From positions 15,879-79,878 of the forward strand of contig JBMFKI010000004.1 of NCBI GenBank assembly GCA_049972525.1: DNA of 64,000 nt. The letters are read 5' to 3'. Position 1 is the stretch's first letter, and every line of letters begins with the position of its first letter. Made by a program: the position numbers and the translations under genes. The stretch comes from Candidatus Bathyarchaeia archaeon (lineage in GTDB: Archaea > Thermoproteota > Bathyarchaeia > Bathyarchaeales > Bathycorpusculaceae). The notes beneath the pieces are model-generated. The model was not told the DNA's origin, did no database searches, and was given only the letters and a program-made list of their open reading frames with translations. Shown in pieces: positions 36,178 to 48,045 of the stretch.

Positions 36178-36378
36178 TTATTGCTGACTTTCCTCTCTTC
36201 GCCTTATTCTACCTCTGCATTTTTCTTCTTCGCTGCATTTCATACAAGTGTAAATTACGTCGAACTCGCTTTTGCTTGGGTTTGACGGATTTACGAAAAA
36301 CGCGAAGCATTCTTCACCTTTCTTTATTGTAGCTCCGCAACAAAAGCACTTATGCTCTTTAAGGGCGGTTACTTTCAT
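36178..36378 (-). CDS. Small zinc-ribbon protein (hypothetical)
   Basis: 66 aa with CFCCG...CMKC cysteine pairs and a basic tail. It occupies an otherwise empty interval. Confidence 0.35.
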   Translation of the reverse strand: MKVTALKEHKCFCCGATIKKGEECFAFFVNPSNPSKSEFDVIYTCMKCSEEEKCRGRIRRREESQQ

Positions 36379-36475
36379 AACTTATTCCCAAAATTGAAAT
36401 TACGCTTTGGACTATTAAACACTTATTCAGCAATTTTGGAAAAACAAATGAACAAAAGTGGAGATAGAGACGATT

Positions 36476-37351
36476 TTAGCCTATTTTGCTGAGCACTGGG
36501 TCTAATTTTACTTTGTGAAATTCAGGTGCAAGCTCTTTTGGATTTACACCCAAGCTTATGCTTAAAAGTTCAGCGTAGTGTATTACGGGTATATTGTATT
36601 CTTCTTTGTATGTTGTTTTTATCAGCATTTGCCCAAGGTCTAACGTTAGGAAACAGAATGGACAAAGCGTTGATATACAGTCGGCTCCAACCCTAGAGGC
36701 GTTAACGATTTTGTCTCTTGCTATGGCTAAAGCCACATCGTCAGCATAACCCCTTAAAAGACCACCGCAACATTTCAGCTTATTCCTATACCAGATGCTT
36801 TCAGCACCTATAGCCTCAACCAAATTGTCGAAGATTTTCGGGCGCTCTGGGTCGTCAAACCTTAGAAGGGCGCTTGGTCTTAGTAGGTGGCATCCAGAAA
36901 AGGCTGCAACCTTAAGTTTGCTCAGTGGCTTCGTTACGTTTTTCTTTAGGTTGTTTACGCCAATATCGTTCATCAAAACTTGGAGGTAGTGCCGCACTTC
37001 CTTGTTTCCCTTAAATTCTTTCCCAACATTTGAAAGGATTTTGTTAACCCTCTTCTTTAGTCCTTGCTTTTCTTTAAGGAGGGTGTTTGCCATCGCAAGT
37101 GATTCGAAGCATCCCGTGCACAAAGTAACGATGTTAAGATCTGCTTCTTCGGCTAGACAGATGTTGTACGCTGCAATTGCCAAGCTTGTTTCTAGGTCTA
37201 TTGACTGTAATGGTGGCGGAGCGCAGCACGTCATTTTTTCCAAATCTACGAGTTCTATTCCAAGTTTTGTTAGGGATTTTCGTGCTGCCAATTCGTAATG
37301 CGGTTGCCGCGCGGGTATCGTGCAACCCAAAAATAAAGCATAGCTCGTCAC
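36476..37351 (-). CDS. hdrB: Heterodisulfide reductase subunit B-like, copy 2 (divergent)
   Basis: FLGCTIPAR...TCCAPP...CTGC (first motif has CCA instead of CCG) and SGCH...KCCGG...CPFC. It is only distantly similar to copy 1. Confidence 0.8.
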   Translation of the reverse strand: MTSYALFLGCTIPARQPHYELAARKSLTKLGIELVDLEKMTCCAPPPLQSIDLETSLAIAAYNICLAEEADLNIVTLCTGCFESLAMANTLLKEKQGLKKRVNKILSNVGKEFKGNKEVRHYLQVLMNDIGVNNLKKNVTKPLSKLKVAAFSGCHLLRPSALLRFDDPERPKIFDNLVEAIGAESIWYRNKLKCCGGLLRGYADDVALAIARDKIVNASRVGADCISTLCPFCFLTLDLGQMLIKTTYKEEYNIPVIHYAELLSISLGVNPKELAPEFHKVKLDPVLSKIG

Positions 37352-37866
37352 TACGTCTCACCCTTCTTAAACTGGATTTTGTCGAACTCCGTTGCCGAAA
37401 GAATTTTTTTCACGGCTTCGACGCCTGCTGGCTTAAGCGGTGGCAAACCGTATTCTGCCCGCTTTTTCTCAAGGAATTTCGACATTTGAACTATGCGCCC
37501 TTCGCTTGCAAGCCCAGCTGCAAATTCCGAGTAGATGTTTGGTATGTTTCCCTCGCGGATGGCCATGTTTCTTAAGGCATAAATTACGTCGGCTACTTCG
37601 ACCTTTTGTGGACAACGTTCTTGGCAGTTATAGCACGAAGAACAGAGCCATATGGCATCGCCGGATAAGACTTCATCCCTTAACCCAAGAAGCGCCAACC
37701 TAATGACTTCTCTCGGATTGTATTTTTCTGTTATTTTTGCCACTGGGCAGCTTGCGGCGCATGTTCCACACTGATAGCATAGGGTTATCGTTTCTCCGCC
37801 AAGTCTGCTAGTAATCTCTTTGGCGAAATTCTTTGCGAATGGTTTCGTTTGCGTTTCCTCTGCCAT
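37351..37866 (-). CDS. hdrC: Heterodisulfide reductase subunit C-like, copy 2
   Basis: CYQCGTCAASCP and CSSCYNCQERCP. 1-nt overlap with hdrB copy 2. Confidence 0.8.
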   Translation of the reverse strand: MAEETQTKPFAKNFAKEITSRLGGETITLCYQCGTCAASCPVAKITEKYNPREVIRLALLGLRDEVLSGDAIWLCSSCYNCQERCPQKVEVADVIYALRNMAIREGNIPNIYSEFAAGLASEGRIVQMSKFLEKKRAEYGLPPLKPAGVEAVKKILSATEFDKIQFKKGET

Positions 37867-37888
37867 AGCGTTTATTCTCCTCTCTGGT

Positions 37889-40312
37889 TTAGGCTACGTG
37901 CAGCGCGCCTAGCTTCTCTACTCTCTCAGTCATCGCTCTCGCAACTTCGGCGAACTTGTCTCCTTCTATGTAAACCATGTTGAACATTTCAAGGCGTTCT
38001 GGTTCTATGCCATACTCCTTCAGCAGCATTTTTGCAAGCTCAACCTTCCTTTGCGCCTTTTGGCTTCCAACTTCATAGTGGCAACCGTCTGGCTTACATC
38101 CTACAACCATTACTCCCTGAGCGCCAGCCTTAAAGGCTTCAAGTATCTGCTGAACTTGAAGAATGCCCGTGCATGGAACTCGCATTGTCCTTACGTTTGC
38201 TGGATACTTCAGCATAGCCATTCCAGAAGAGTCAACTGCAGCGTGACCGCATTCGGAGCAGCATAAAGCCAAAATTAAAGGCTTTGATGTTCCATTAACA
38301 GATAATAACGCTTTCATCTGCGCTGAAATTTGGCTCGGTTTCAAGTGGCGAAGTTCTATTGCACCTACTGGACACGTACCCACGCAGACGCCGCAGCCCT
38401 CGCACAAGAGGTCGTCAACATGCGCAACAAGGTGTCCATCAGCCTTTTCTGTCAGGGTTATTGCTCCGTATGGGCAGGTTACTGGACAGAATTCGCAGTC
38501 TCCGCAGTAATCCTCATTTACGTGAGCTGTCTTCTGGTCTTTAACTATTTTGCCGTTTAGAAGGAACTTTGCAGTTTTAACCGCTGCTGAGTGAGCTTGA
38601 AGCGATGTTGTTGGCGCATCCTTCGGAAATGTTGCTCCACCACAGATGAATATACCTTTCTTCTTCGTTTCTGTAGGTCGAAGTTTCGCGTTGTATTCTT
38701 TGAAGAAACCGTCCTTGTCGATTTCCAACCCCAACATTTCCGCGAGTTGTTTCGTGTCTTCAACTGGCACCATCGCGGGTGACAGAACGACGAGGTCTGC
38801 TTCCAGTTCTAGGAATCTTCTTAACAGTTCATCTTCAACATCGACTATTAGCAGTTTTGCCTCTGGGTCGTACAGAATTTCCGTAGGTCTACCCTTAACA
38901 AATTTTATTCCCATCTCTCTTGCACGTTCATAATAGTATTCGTGTTCTCTTCCAGTTGTTCTAATGTCAATGTAACATATTGTTATATCCGCATCTGGAT
39001 AAGCCGACTTAATAAGCGTTGCATGTTTCAGCGATATCATACAGCAAATGCTTGAGCAGTATGGGTTCCAACGCCTATCCCTAGAACCAACGCATTGTAT
39101 GAAAACTATGCGCTTTGCTGGCTTTTTGTCTGAAGGACGAATTATCATGCCGTTTGTCGGTCCGAAACCGTCAATCATCCTTGCAAGTTCAAGCTGCGTT
39201 ATAACGTCTGGATATTCACCGTAATGATACTCCTTTATCACGCTTGGGTCGTATTCCCTAAAGCCAGTTGCGACTATTATGCTGCCGACATTAAGCGTCA
39301 CCTTCTTACTCTTCTGATTCAATTCAATGGCTTTTGTCGGACAGACGTCAACGCATTTTGCGCACTCTTCAAATTTGCATGCCTCAGCGTCTATGACATA
39401 TACTGGCGGGTAAACAAGCGGCGTGTTTATGTAAATTGCTTTTCGATTCTTTAGTCGTGCATTGTACTTGTCTGGAACTTCAACTGGACAGACGGATGCA
39501 CATAAGTTGCATGCAACACATTTTTCCTCGTTAACATATCGCGGTTTTCTTTCAACAGTAACCTTATAGTTTCCAGGTGCACCTTCAACTTTTAAAATTC
39601 TAGAGTTTGTCAGCACATTTAGGTTTGGAATTTCAGAAAAGCCAGAACGGTAAACGCATTTTCGCGAAGTGTGCGTTATTGTTTTAACGTCTGAAGTTGG
39701 TGATTGAATGCATATTGCACAGTCGTCTGTTGGGAAGAACCTTCCAGCCTTTGCGGCTAATCCGCCTAGGAATGGTTCTTTCTCTACCAAGTAAACCTCA
39801 AAGCCCATGTCCGCCAGGTCCTCGGCTGCCTGCATTCCTGCCAGCCCGCCGCCTATGACTAAGACGGATTTTACGGCTGGAAATTCAAGTTTCTCTATAG
39901 GCTCTGCAAGTTTGACGCGTTCTGTTGCGGCTAAGAGCATAGCCTTCGCCTTTTCTGTAGCTTCTTTTGGAGAGTCTCTGTGCGGCCATGCGCAGTGGTC
40001 TTTTATGTCTATAACTTCCACAAAGTTTGGGTTAAGTCCAGCGTTTTCAACGGCTTCAACTATATTTATTTCGCCAAGTTTTGGGATGCTTTCAGCAACG
40101 ACGACGCGGTTTATTTTCCCGTTTTTCACGGCGTCCACTATCGTTTTAAGCCCTTGACCTCGCCAAAATTCGCTTCCAACCGCCATAAGAGAGACTCCTG
40201 GAACCTTTTTCAAGTAGCCCGCTATTTCCTCGAAGTTTAGGATTTCCGTTAACTGTTTTCCACAGTCGGAAAGGAATATTCCAATTTTGGCTTCTTCCAT
40301 TTTCCCACTCAC
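37889..40312 (-). CDS. hdrA: HdrA-MvhD fusion protein (807 aa)
   Basis: VIGGGLAGMQAAEDLA, FPTDDCAICI, inserted ferredoxin (CVACNLCASVCP, CAKCVDVCP), C-terminal ferredoxin (CGDCEFCPVTCP, CEGCGVCVGTCP). A complete MvhD domain follows: LALCCSECGHAA...VPCTGIL...VGCKPDGCHY. Confidence 0.85.
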   Translation of the reverse strand: MSGKMEEAKIGIFLSDCGKQLTEILNFEEIAGYLKKVPGVSLMAVGSEFWRGQGLKTIVDAVKNGKINRVVVAESIPKLGEINIVEAVENAGLNPNFVEVIDIKDHCAWPHRDSPKEATEKAKAMLLAATERVKLAEPIEKLEFPAVKSVLVIGGGLAGMQAAEDLADMGFEVYLVEKEPFLGGLAAKAGRFFPTDDCAICIQSPTSDVKTITHTSRKCVYRSGFSEIPNLNVLTNSRILKVEGAPGNYKVTVERKPRYVNEEKCVACNLCASVCPVEVPDKYNARLKNRKAIYINTPLVYPPVYVIDAEACKFEECAKCVDVCPTKAIELNQKSKKVTLNVGSIIVATGFREYDPSVIKEYHYGEYPDVITQLELARMIDGFGPTNGMIIRPSDKKPAKRIVFIQCVGSRDRRWNPYCSSICCMISLKHATLIKSAYPDADITICYIDIRTTGREHEYYYERAREMGIKFVKGRPTEILYDPEAKLLIVDVEDELLRRFLELEADLVVLSPAMVPVEDTKQLAEMLGLEIDKDGFFKEYNAKLRPTETKKKGIFICGGATFPKDAPTTSLQAHSAAVKTAKFLLNGKIVKDQKTAHVNEDYCGDCEFCPVTCPYGAITLTEKADGHLVAHVDDLLCEGCGVCVGTCPVGAIELRHLKPSQISAQMKALLSVNGTSKPLILALCCSECGHAAVDSSGMAMLKYPANVRTMRVPCTGILQVQQILEAFKAGAQGVMVVGCKPDGCHYEVGSQKAQRKVELAKMLLKEYGIEPERLEMFNMVYIEGDKFAEVARAMTERVEKLGALHVA

Positions 40313-41766
40313 CTTTTTATTTCTCTAATTAACTGCCTCTTATTATCGTAAATTTCAATTTCCATTGGCATTTGTCCAACCGCAAAATGCGTGGCGCATG
40401 CAAAGCATGGGTCGTAAGCCCTAAAAGCCATCTCAACCATGTTCAATACTCCATCGGTGACGCTTCCCTCTTTTATCAGCGCCTTCGCGGCATTCTTTAT
40501 TGATATGCATATGCTTGGTGCATTATGCGTTGTAGCCACGATCAGGTTAACTTTTTTGGCTAAGGCTTTCTCGTCAAGTATGTAATGGTGGATAAGTGTT
40601 CCCCTTGCAGCCTCAACTATGCCAACGCCTTCACTTGGCTTTCCAGGCTTATTCCTAATATCTTTGCTTGTTATTTCAGGGTCTGTTACAAGCTCTAATG
40701 CACGTTCAGCTGCATACAGAAGCTCTATTAGCCTAGCCCAGTGATAAGCTAAGGTATTGTGGACTGGTTTTCCGCCGAGGGTTTTATACATTCTTTCGTA
40801 TTCAGCCTGTGCCAAAGGAGTTGCCATGCCATCTGCGGCGTTAAGCCTTCCAAGAGGCCCAACACGGTAAAGCCCGCTTTGCGGTCCGCCAACCAAGCCT
40901 TTCCATCCAATTTTCTTTAAGTATGGCAGTTTCACGTACGTCCACGGTTCCACATGCTCTTCAATCACGTTTAGGTATTCTTTCGGTTTGAATTTCACAA
41001 ACTCTTTCCCATAGGGGTCAACAACACGTACATCGCCGTCATAAAAGTTTACATGGTTGTTCTTGTCAACTAAGCCCATGTAGTAGGTTTGCAACGTGTA
41101 GGCTTCGCTTTTTATAAGGTTTACATAGTCCGTGTTTTTCAGCACTATGTCGTCGAAGAGTTTTAAGCTAAATTTTCCAAATTCAAGACAGCTTCTAACC
41201 ATCTTTTCAATTTCCCGCCTCTCCTCTTCGGACAATGGTTTTGAAATGCCTCCTGGTATGCAAGCGCTAACTGGATGCGTTGCCTTCCCGCCTAGAATCT
41301 CTGTTATCCTTTGCCCGTAAGCTCTATGCTTTATGACTTTTTTGCCAATTTCTAGTCCAGCTTTTTCTATGACGCCCAAAACATTTCGCTTTTCTGGCGG
41401 TGCGTTTGGTCCTACGACGAAATCTGGTCCACCTAAATAGTAGAAGTGCAATGTGTGGTCGTAAATAAAGTAGCCACAATACATGAGTTCGCGGAGTTTT
41501 TTGGCTGTTTCTGTTGGCTCAACATTGAATGCTGCATCTAAGGCTTTTGCGCCTGCCATGTGGTGTGCAACTGGGCATACGCCGCAGATTCTCGTTGTTA
41601 TTATTGGTAGATCTTCAGCTCTTCTTCCCTCGCAGAACCTTTCGAAGCCTCTTAATTCTGGAACTTGGAAGTAAGCTTCCTCCACGTTTCCAGCGTCGTT
41701 CAAGAATATTGTTATTTTTCCGTGTCCCTCAAGCCTTGTGATTGGGTTTATAACTATCTCCTTCAT
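40309..41766 (-). CDS. mvhA: Mvh-type [NiFe] hydrogenase large subunit, copy 2
   Basis: RLEGHGKI, RICGVCPVAH, DPCFACATH. By eye it is roughly three-quarters or more identical to copy 1. Confidence 0.9.
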   Translation of the reverse strand: MKEIVINPITRLEGHGKITIFLNDAGNVEEAYFQVPELRGFERFCEGRRAEDLPIITTRICGVCPVAHHMAGAKALDAAFNVEPTETAKKLRELMYCGYFIYDHTLHFYYLGGPDFVVGPNAPPEKRNVLGVIEKAGLEIGKKVIKHRAYGQRITEILGGKATHPVSACIPGGISKPLSEEERREIEKMVRSCLEFGKFSLKLFDDIVLKNTDYVNLIKSEAYTLQTYYMGLVDKNNHVNFYDGDVRVVDPYGKEFVKFKPKEYLNVIEEHVEPWTYVKLPYLKKIGWKGLVGGPQSGLYRVGPLGRLNAADGMATPLAQAEYERMYKTLGGKPVHNTLAYHWARLIELLYAAERALELVTDPEITSKDIRNKPGKPSEGVGIVEAARGTLIHHYILDEKALAKKVNLIVATTHNAPSICISIKNAAKALIKEGSVTDGVLNMVEMAFRAYDPCFACATHFAVGQMPMEIEIYDNKRQLIREIKR

Positions 41767-41767
41767 T

Positions 41768-42703
41768 CTACTTCACCTTCCTCCGCAGAATAGAATTAGC
41801 CAAAGAATACTTGTAGAAAGTTCCAATAGGGTCAACGATCTGCTCGATGACTTTTGAGTCTGCGGCTATTGACGCGAAAGCGCTTACCATTGCTGCGCCC
41901 TGTTCTGTCACTCTTGGCGTTGGTCCACCGCATCCCGTGCATGGCACATTAGCCTTTAGACACTGTGCACTGCATCCGCCTCTTGTTGCGGGTCCCATGC
42001 ATATTACGCCTTGGTCTAGGAAGCAGGTTTTGAAATCGTCCTCTATCTCGTATATTCTCTTTATTTGCGTGATTTTTCTATCTTTTTTCTCTCTTGGACA
42101 TTCGTCACATACCGACTTGTTCAGTAGGAAACTTGCGCCTTTTGGCGGCAGTTTACCGCTTACTATTGCGTCTAGGGCTTCTATTATCCGCGGAACTGGT
42201 GGTGGACAACCCGAAATAAAGTAGTCAACATCAACTGTTTGAGTTAAAGTTTTGACAGTGTCATAAAACTCTGGCAGCTCAAGTTCACCTTCCCTAACAT
42301 TTAGGCGAGTTTGAGGAATAATCATCTGCGGATTTTTCGTAGATGGTGTTTCGAAATAGGCCCTTTCAAAGATTTTCTCTTTATTCCACAAGTTTCCAAG
42401 CCCTATTACGCAGCCGTCGCAAGCGCACGAGCCAAAAGCTACAAGAACTTTAGACTTTTGCCTTAGGAGCTTTGCCATCTGCTCTTGCTCACTGTTACGA
42501 ATTGCACCGTTAAAGAAACAGACATCTATGCTTTTATCTGGCATGTTTTCAACATCTTTGTATTTTATGTCCATGGCTACTGGCCAAAAGACTATGTCGG
42601 CTTTCGCTACCACATCAAGGATTTTCTCGTTTATGTCCAGTACAGCAATTTCGCAGCCGCCACAACTGGCAGCCCAATAAAACGCGAATTTTAGCTTCTC
42701 CAT
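41768..42703 (-). CDS. mvhG: Mvh-type [NiFe] hydrogenase small subunit, copy 2
   Basis: FYWAASCGGCEIAVLD, GCPP, CMGPATRGGCSAQCLKANVPCTGCGGP. Confidence 0.85.
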   Translation of the reverse strand: MEKLKFAFYWAASCGGCEIAVLDINEKILDVVAKADIVFWPVAMDIKYKDVENMPDKSIDVCFFNGAIRNSEQEQMAKLLRQKSKVLVAFGSCACDGCVIGLGNLWNKEKIFERAYFETPSTKNPQMIIPQTRLNVREGELELPEFYDTVKTLTQTVDVDYFISGCPPPVPRIIEALDAIVSGKLPPKGASFLLNKSVCDECPREKKDRKITQIKRIYEIEDDFKTCFLDQGVICMGPATRGGCSAQCLKANVPCTGCGGPTPRVTEQGAAMVSAFASIAADSKVIEQIVDPIGTFYKYSLANSILRRKVK

Positions 42704-42832
42704 TTCTGCACCAGCTTGACATTCAATAAAGTGTTGATAATCACATTTCTATGATTTAAATTTAGCCATAGTAAATAGAGAAAATATTATGAGAAAGTAA
42801 ATTATATTTAAGGCATTTTTAACGCATACCGC

Positions 42833-45643
42833 CTAACTGCTAACAGCCTCTGCCTCCTTCTGCTCCTGCTGCGTAGAGCTAAACGCCAGATTTTGTGTTT
42901 CTTTTGAGGCTTGTTCTGTTTTTAGGCATTGCAAAGGCAATTCCTCTTCTTTCAGATTTAGGACCCCCTTAACTGTGCCGTCCTCCATGTACTTAAGTTC
43001 AAAGCCCATCTTCCTCACAAGGTTTATAGCCCTATAATTGTCCGGAAGCATTATACCGTAAAGCGTTTCAACACCCATATCCTTGCATATCTCAATAACG
43101 TAATCAACCATCTTTGTGCCAAGCCCCAGCCCCTGCCACGGATCAGCCACTATAAAGGCTATTTCGCCAGACTTTCTGTCTGGTTCTAAGCTAACTCTTG
43201 TAACGCCCAGTATTCTTCTTCGCCCATCCTCGTTAAGCTCGGCGACTATGGCTATTTCCCTATCATAGTCGATGTTGCAGTAGCGCACGCGCACCTCATG
43301 CGGCGTGTCCTTAATTATCTGGAAGAACCTATAGCGTATGGATTCTTCTGAGAAGTTTTGGAACATTTCGAGCCATAATGGTTCATCTTCAGGCTTTATT
43401 GGCCTTAGGAGTACTGTGCGTCCGTCACGCATCCGCCACAATGTCTCATATTTCTTGGGATACGGGCTTATAACAAGGTGCTGATGTGGCTCAAGCCTTT
43501 GGAATACAAGTTGCTTGTCAATCACGATTCTTGCGTCAAGGGCATAGGCGTCCTTCTCATTGACCAGAAGCGGATTTATGTCAACCTCCTTTAACTGTGG
43601 AAAATCGACAAGCAACTGCGAGAAAAGTAAGATTATTTCTTCAAGCCGCTTTACGTTTGCTGGAGGCACGTTCCGATAGCCCTTCAAAAGCTGATAAACC
43701 TTTGTTTCCTCCATTAGACGCCTAACCAACGTCTGGTTTAACGGTGGAAGTCCTATGGAAAAATCTTTAAACAGCTCTACGCCTATGCCGCCCATGCCGA
43801 AAAGAATTACTGGTCCAAAAAGTGGGTCAGTTTTTGCCCCAAGTATGACTTCGTATCCTTGCCTCTTTATCATTGGTTGAACGGTGACGCCGAGAATTTC
43901 CGCTTCTGGATTATAGTTTTTTGCATTGCGTATAATCTGCTCGAATGCCTCTCTAACTTCCGCTTCACTCTTTAGGTCAAGGAAAACTCCGCCAGCGTCA
44001 GTCTTGTGAACAATCTGCGGAGACAGGATTTTAAGCACAACAGGGTAACCGATCTGACATGCGAAGGCTGCAGCTTCATCTGCAGTTTTCGCTATAAGTG
44101 TTTTCACGGATGGAAAGCCGTAGTACTCCAGCATCTTTTTTGCTTCAACCTCTGTTAGAAGCTCACGGTTTTCCATGGCAGCATTTCTCATTATGACTTG
44201 AATTGGACGTTTTGGTGGTGAAACGTCAACTGGGAGCTCTTCTGGAGTTTCATACAACAATTCAAGGTTGCGCTTGTACTGGTACATGTAAAGGTAAGTC
44301 TTTATTGCTTGTTCTGGCGTTGAGTATGTTGGAATATCGTTTTCGTTGAAAATACGATTAGCTTCTTCCACGGCCGCGTAACCCATAAATGATGTAAGCA
44401 CTGTCTTGTTTTGGTACGCCATGTTTTTGTAAACTTCAACTATGCCCTTCGCTATTTCAACTGGTTCTGCAACCGCTTGAGCAGTGTAAATTATTAGGAT
44501 GCCGTCGACATTCTCGTCTTTTAAGCAAGCCTCAAAAACCGCCTTGTAGCGGTCAGCCTTTGCATCACCTAAAATGTCTATAGGGTTTCCTCGGCTCCAG
44601 TAATGCGGCAATATGCTGTTAAGAAACTCCATGGTTTTTGGACTAAGCTTCGCCAGTTTTCCTCCCCTTGCAATGAGTGCATCGGTAGCCATGACGCCTG
44701 GACCTCCAGCGTTGGTGATTATTGCAAGGTTTGGACCCTTCGGGAGTGGTTGTAAACCTAAAACTTCTGCACAGTTGAATAGGTCTGCTATTTCCTCGAC
44801 GCGTACAATTCCTGCACGCTTAAACGCTGCATCATAGACGTCGTCTTCTCCGGTCATTGAACCAGTGTGCGAAGCAGCAGCCTTTGCACTCTCACCGAAT
44901 TTTCCTGCCTTAACAACAATTATTGGTTTCGTTCTTGCAAAGTGTCTAGCGGCGCTCATGAATTTCCTAGCGTCTGTTATCCCTTCAACATACATGAGTA
45001 TACTTCTAGTCTTCGGGTCTGTTCCAAAATAGTCTATTAAATCGCCAAAATCCACATCAATCATCGAGCCTACGGAGACGAAGTTGCTGAAGCCAATGTT
45101 CTCATGCATAGCCCAATCAAGTATTGCCGCACCCAAAGCGCCACTTTGGCTTATAAAAGCAATGTTGCCCTGCTTAGGCATCTTGCTTATGAAAGTTGCG
45201 TTCAGCTTGTTGCTTGGGCGGATTATTCCCAAACAGTTTGGTCCAACAATGCGCAAGTCATACTTCTTCTTTATCTCCAAAATTTTGTCTTCTAATGCTT
45301 TACCTTCTGGACCAACTTCCTTAAAACCAGCGCTTATTATGATTATGCCCTTTATTCCAGCCTTTCCACATTGCTCAACAATGTCTGGAACGGTTTTCGC
45401 CGGAGTGGCGATGATGGCCAAATCAACAGTTTCTGGAATCTGCTCTACAGACTGATACGCTTTTAACCCCAAAACCTCACTCTTGTGAATGTTGACAGGG
45501 TGAAGTTTACCCTCAAAACCAAAATCCATAAAGTTCTTCATCAAAGCGTATCCAACGCTTCCTTCTTCGTCGCTTGCGCCTATTATTGCTACACTTTTAG
45601 GGCTGAAAATCTTATCAAGATAAGTTGTAACCAAATCGACCAA
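42833..45643 (-). CDS. ADP-forming acyl-CoA synthetase (alpha-beta fused) with C-terminal GNAT acetyltransferase domain (Pat-like architecture)
   Basis: CoA-binding N-terminus SVAIIGASDEEGSVG, phosphohistidine loop AASHTGSMTG, ATP-grasp region, then a GNAT core ADPWQGLGLGTKMVDYV. 936 aa. Confidence 0.8.
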   Translation of the reverse strand: MVDLVTTYLDKIFSPKSVAIIGASDEEGSVGYALMKNFMDFGFEGKLHPVNIHKSEVLGLKAYQSVEQIPETVDLAIIATPAKTVPDIVEQCGKAGIKGIIIISAGFKEVGPEGKALEDKILEIKKKYDLRIVGPNCLGIIRPSNKLNATFISKMPKQGNIAFISQSGALGAAILDWAMHENIGFSNFVSVGSMIDVDFGDLIDYFGTDPKTRSILMYVEGITDARKFMSAARHFARTKPIIVVKAGKFGESAKAAASHTGSMTGEDDVYDAAFKRAGIVRVEEIADLFNCAEVLGLQPLPKGPNLAIITNAGGPGVMATDALIARGGKLAKLSPKTMEFLNSILPHYWSRGNPIDILGDAKADRYKAVFEACLKDENVDGILIIYTAQAVAEPVEIAKGIVEVYKNMAYQNKTVLTSFMGYAAVEEANRIFNENDIPTYSTPEQAIKTYLYMYQYKRNLELLYETPEELPVDVSPPKRPIQVIMRNAAMENRELLTEVEAKKMLEYYGFPSVKTLIAKTADEAAAFACQIGYPVVLKILSPQIVHKTDAGGVFLDLKSEAEVREAFEQIIRNAKNYNPEAEILGVTVQPMIKRQGYEVILGAKTDPLFGPVILFGMGGIGVELFKDFSIGLPPLNQTLVRRLMEETKVYQLLKGYRNVPPANVKRLEEIILLFSQLLVDFPQLKEVDINPLLVNEKDAYALDARIVIDKQLVFQRLEPHQHLVISPYPKKYETLWRMRDGRTVLLRPIKPEDEPLWLEMFQNFSEESIRYRFFQIIKDTPHEVRVRYCNIDYDREIAIVAELNEDGRRRILGVTRVSLEPDRKSGEIAFIVADPWQGLGLGTKMVDYVIEICKDMGVETLYGIMLPDNYRAINLVRKMGFELKYMEDGTVKGVLNLKEEELPLQCLKTEQASKETQNLAFSSTQQEQKEAEAVSS

Positions 45644-45806
45644 CCATCCCAGCTTGGATGTGGATGTGAAAAGGAAGCAGAAATTAAAACTTTATGCCAC
45701 ATAAATCACATTTTGCTTGCAAAAATGCAGTGAAAACTATAGGGGAGGGGTTAGAAATCGAATAGACCTCCTAGGCAGCTACAATTCGCCTTTATCGAAA
45801 ACTAAA

Positions 45807-48037
<2,231 letters not shown>

Positions 48038-48045
<8 letters not shown>

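Noticed and set aside
45690-45720. Imperfect hairpin CATTTTGC-TT-GCAAAAATG between the nfnB-like gene and the ACD-GNAT gene
   Set aside because: It is a weak 8-bp stem with a bulge. Archaeal termination relies mostly on T-tracts, so the evidence is not enough to call a terminator.
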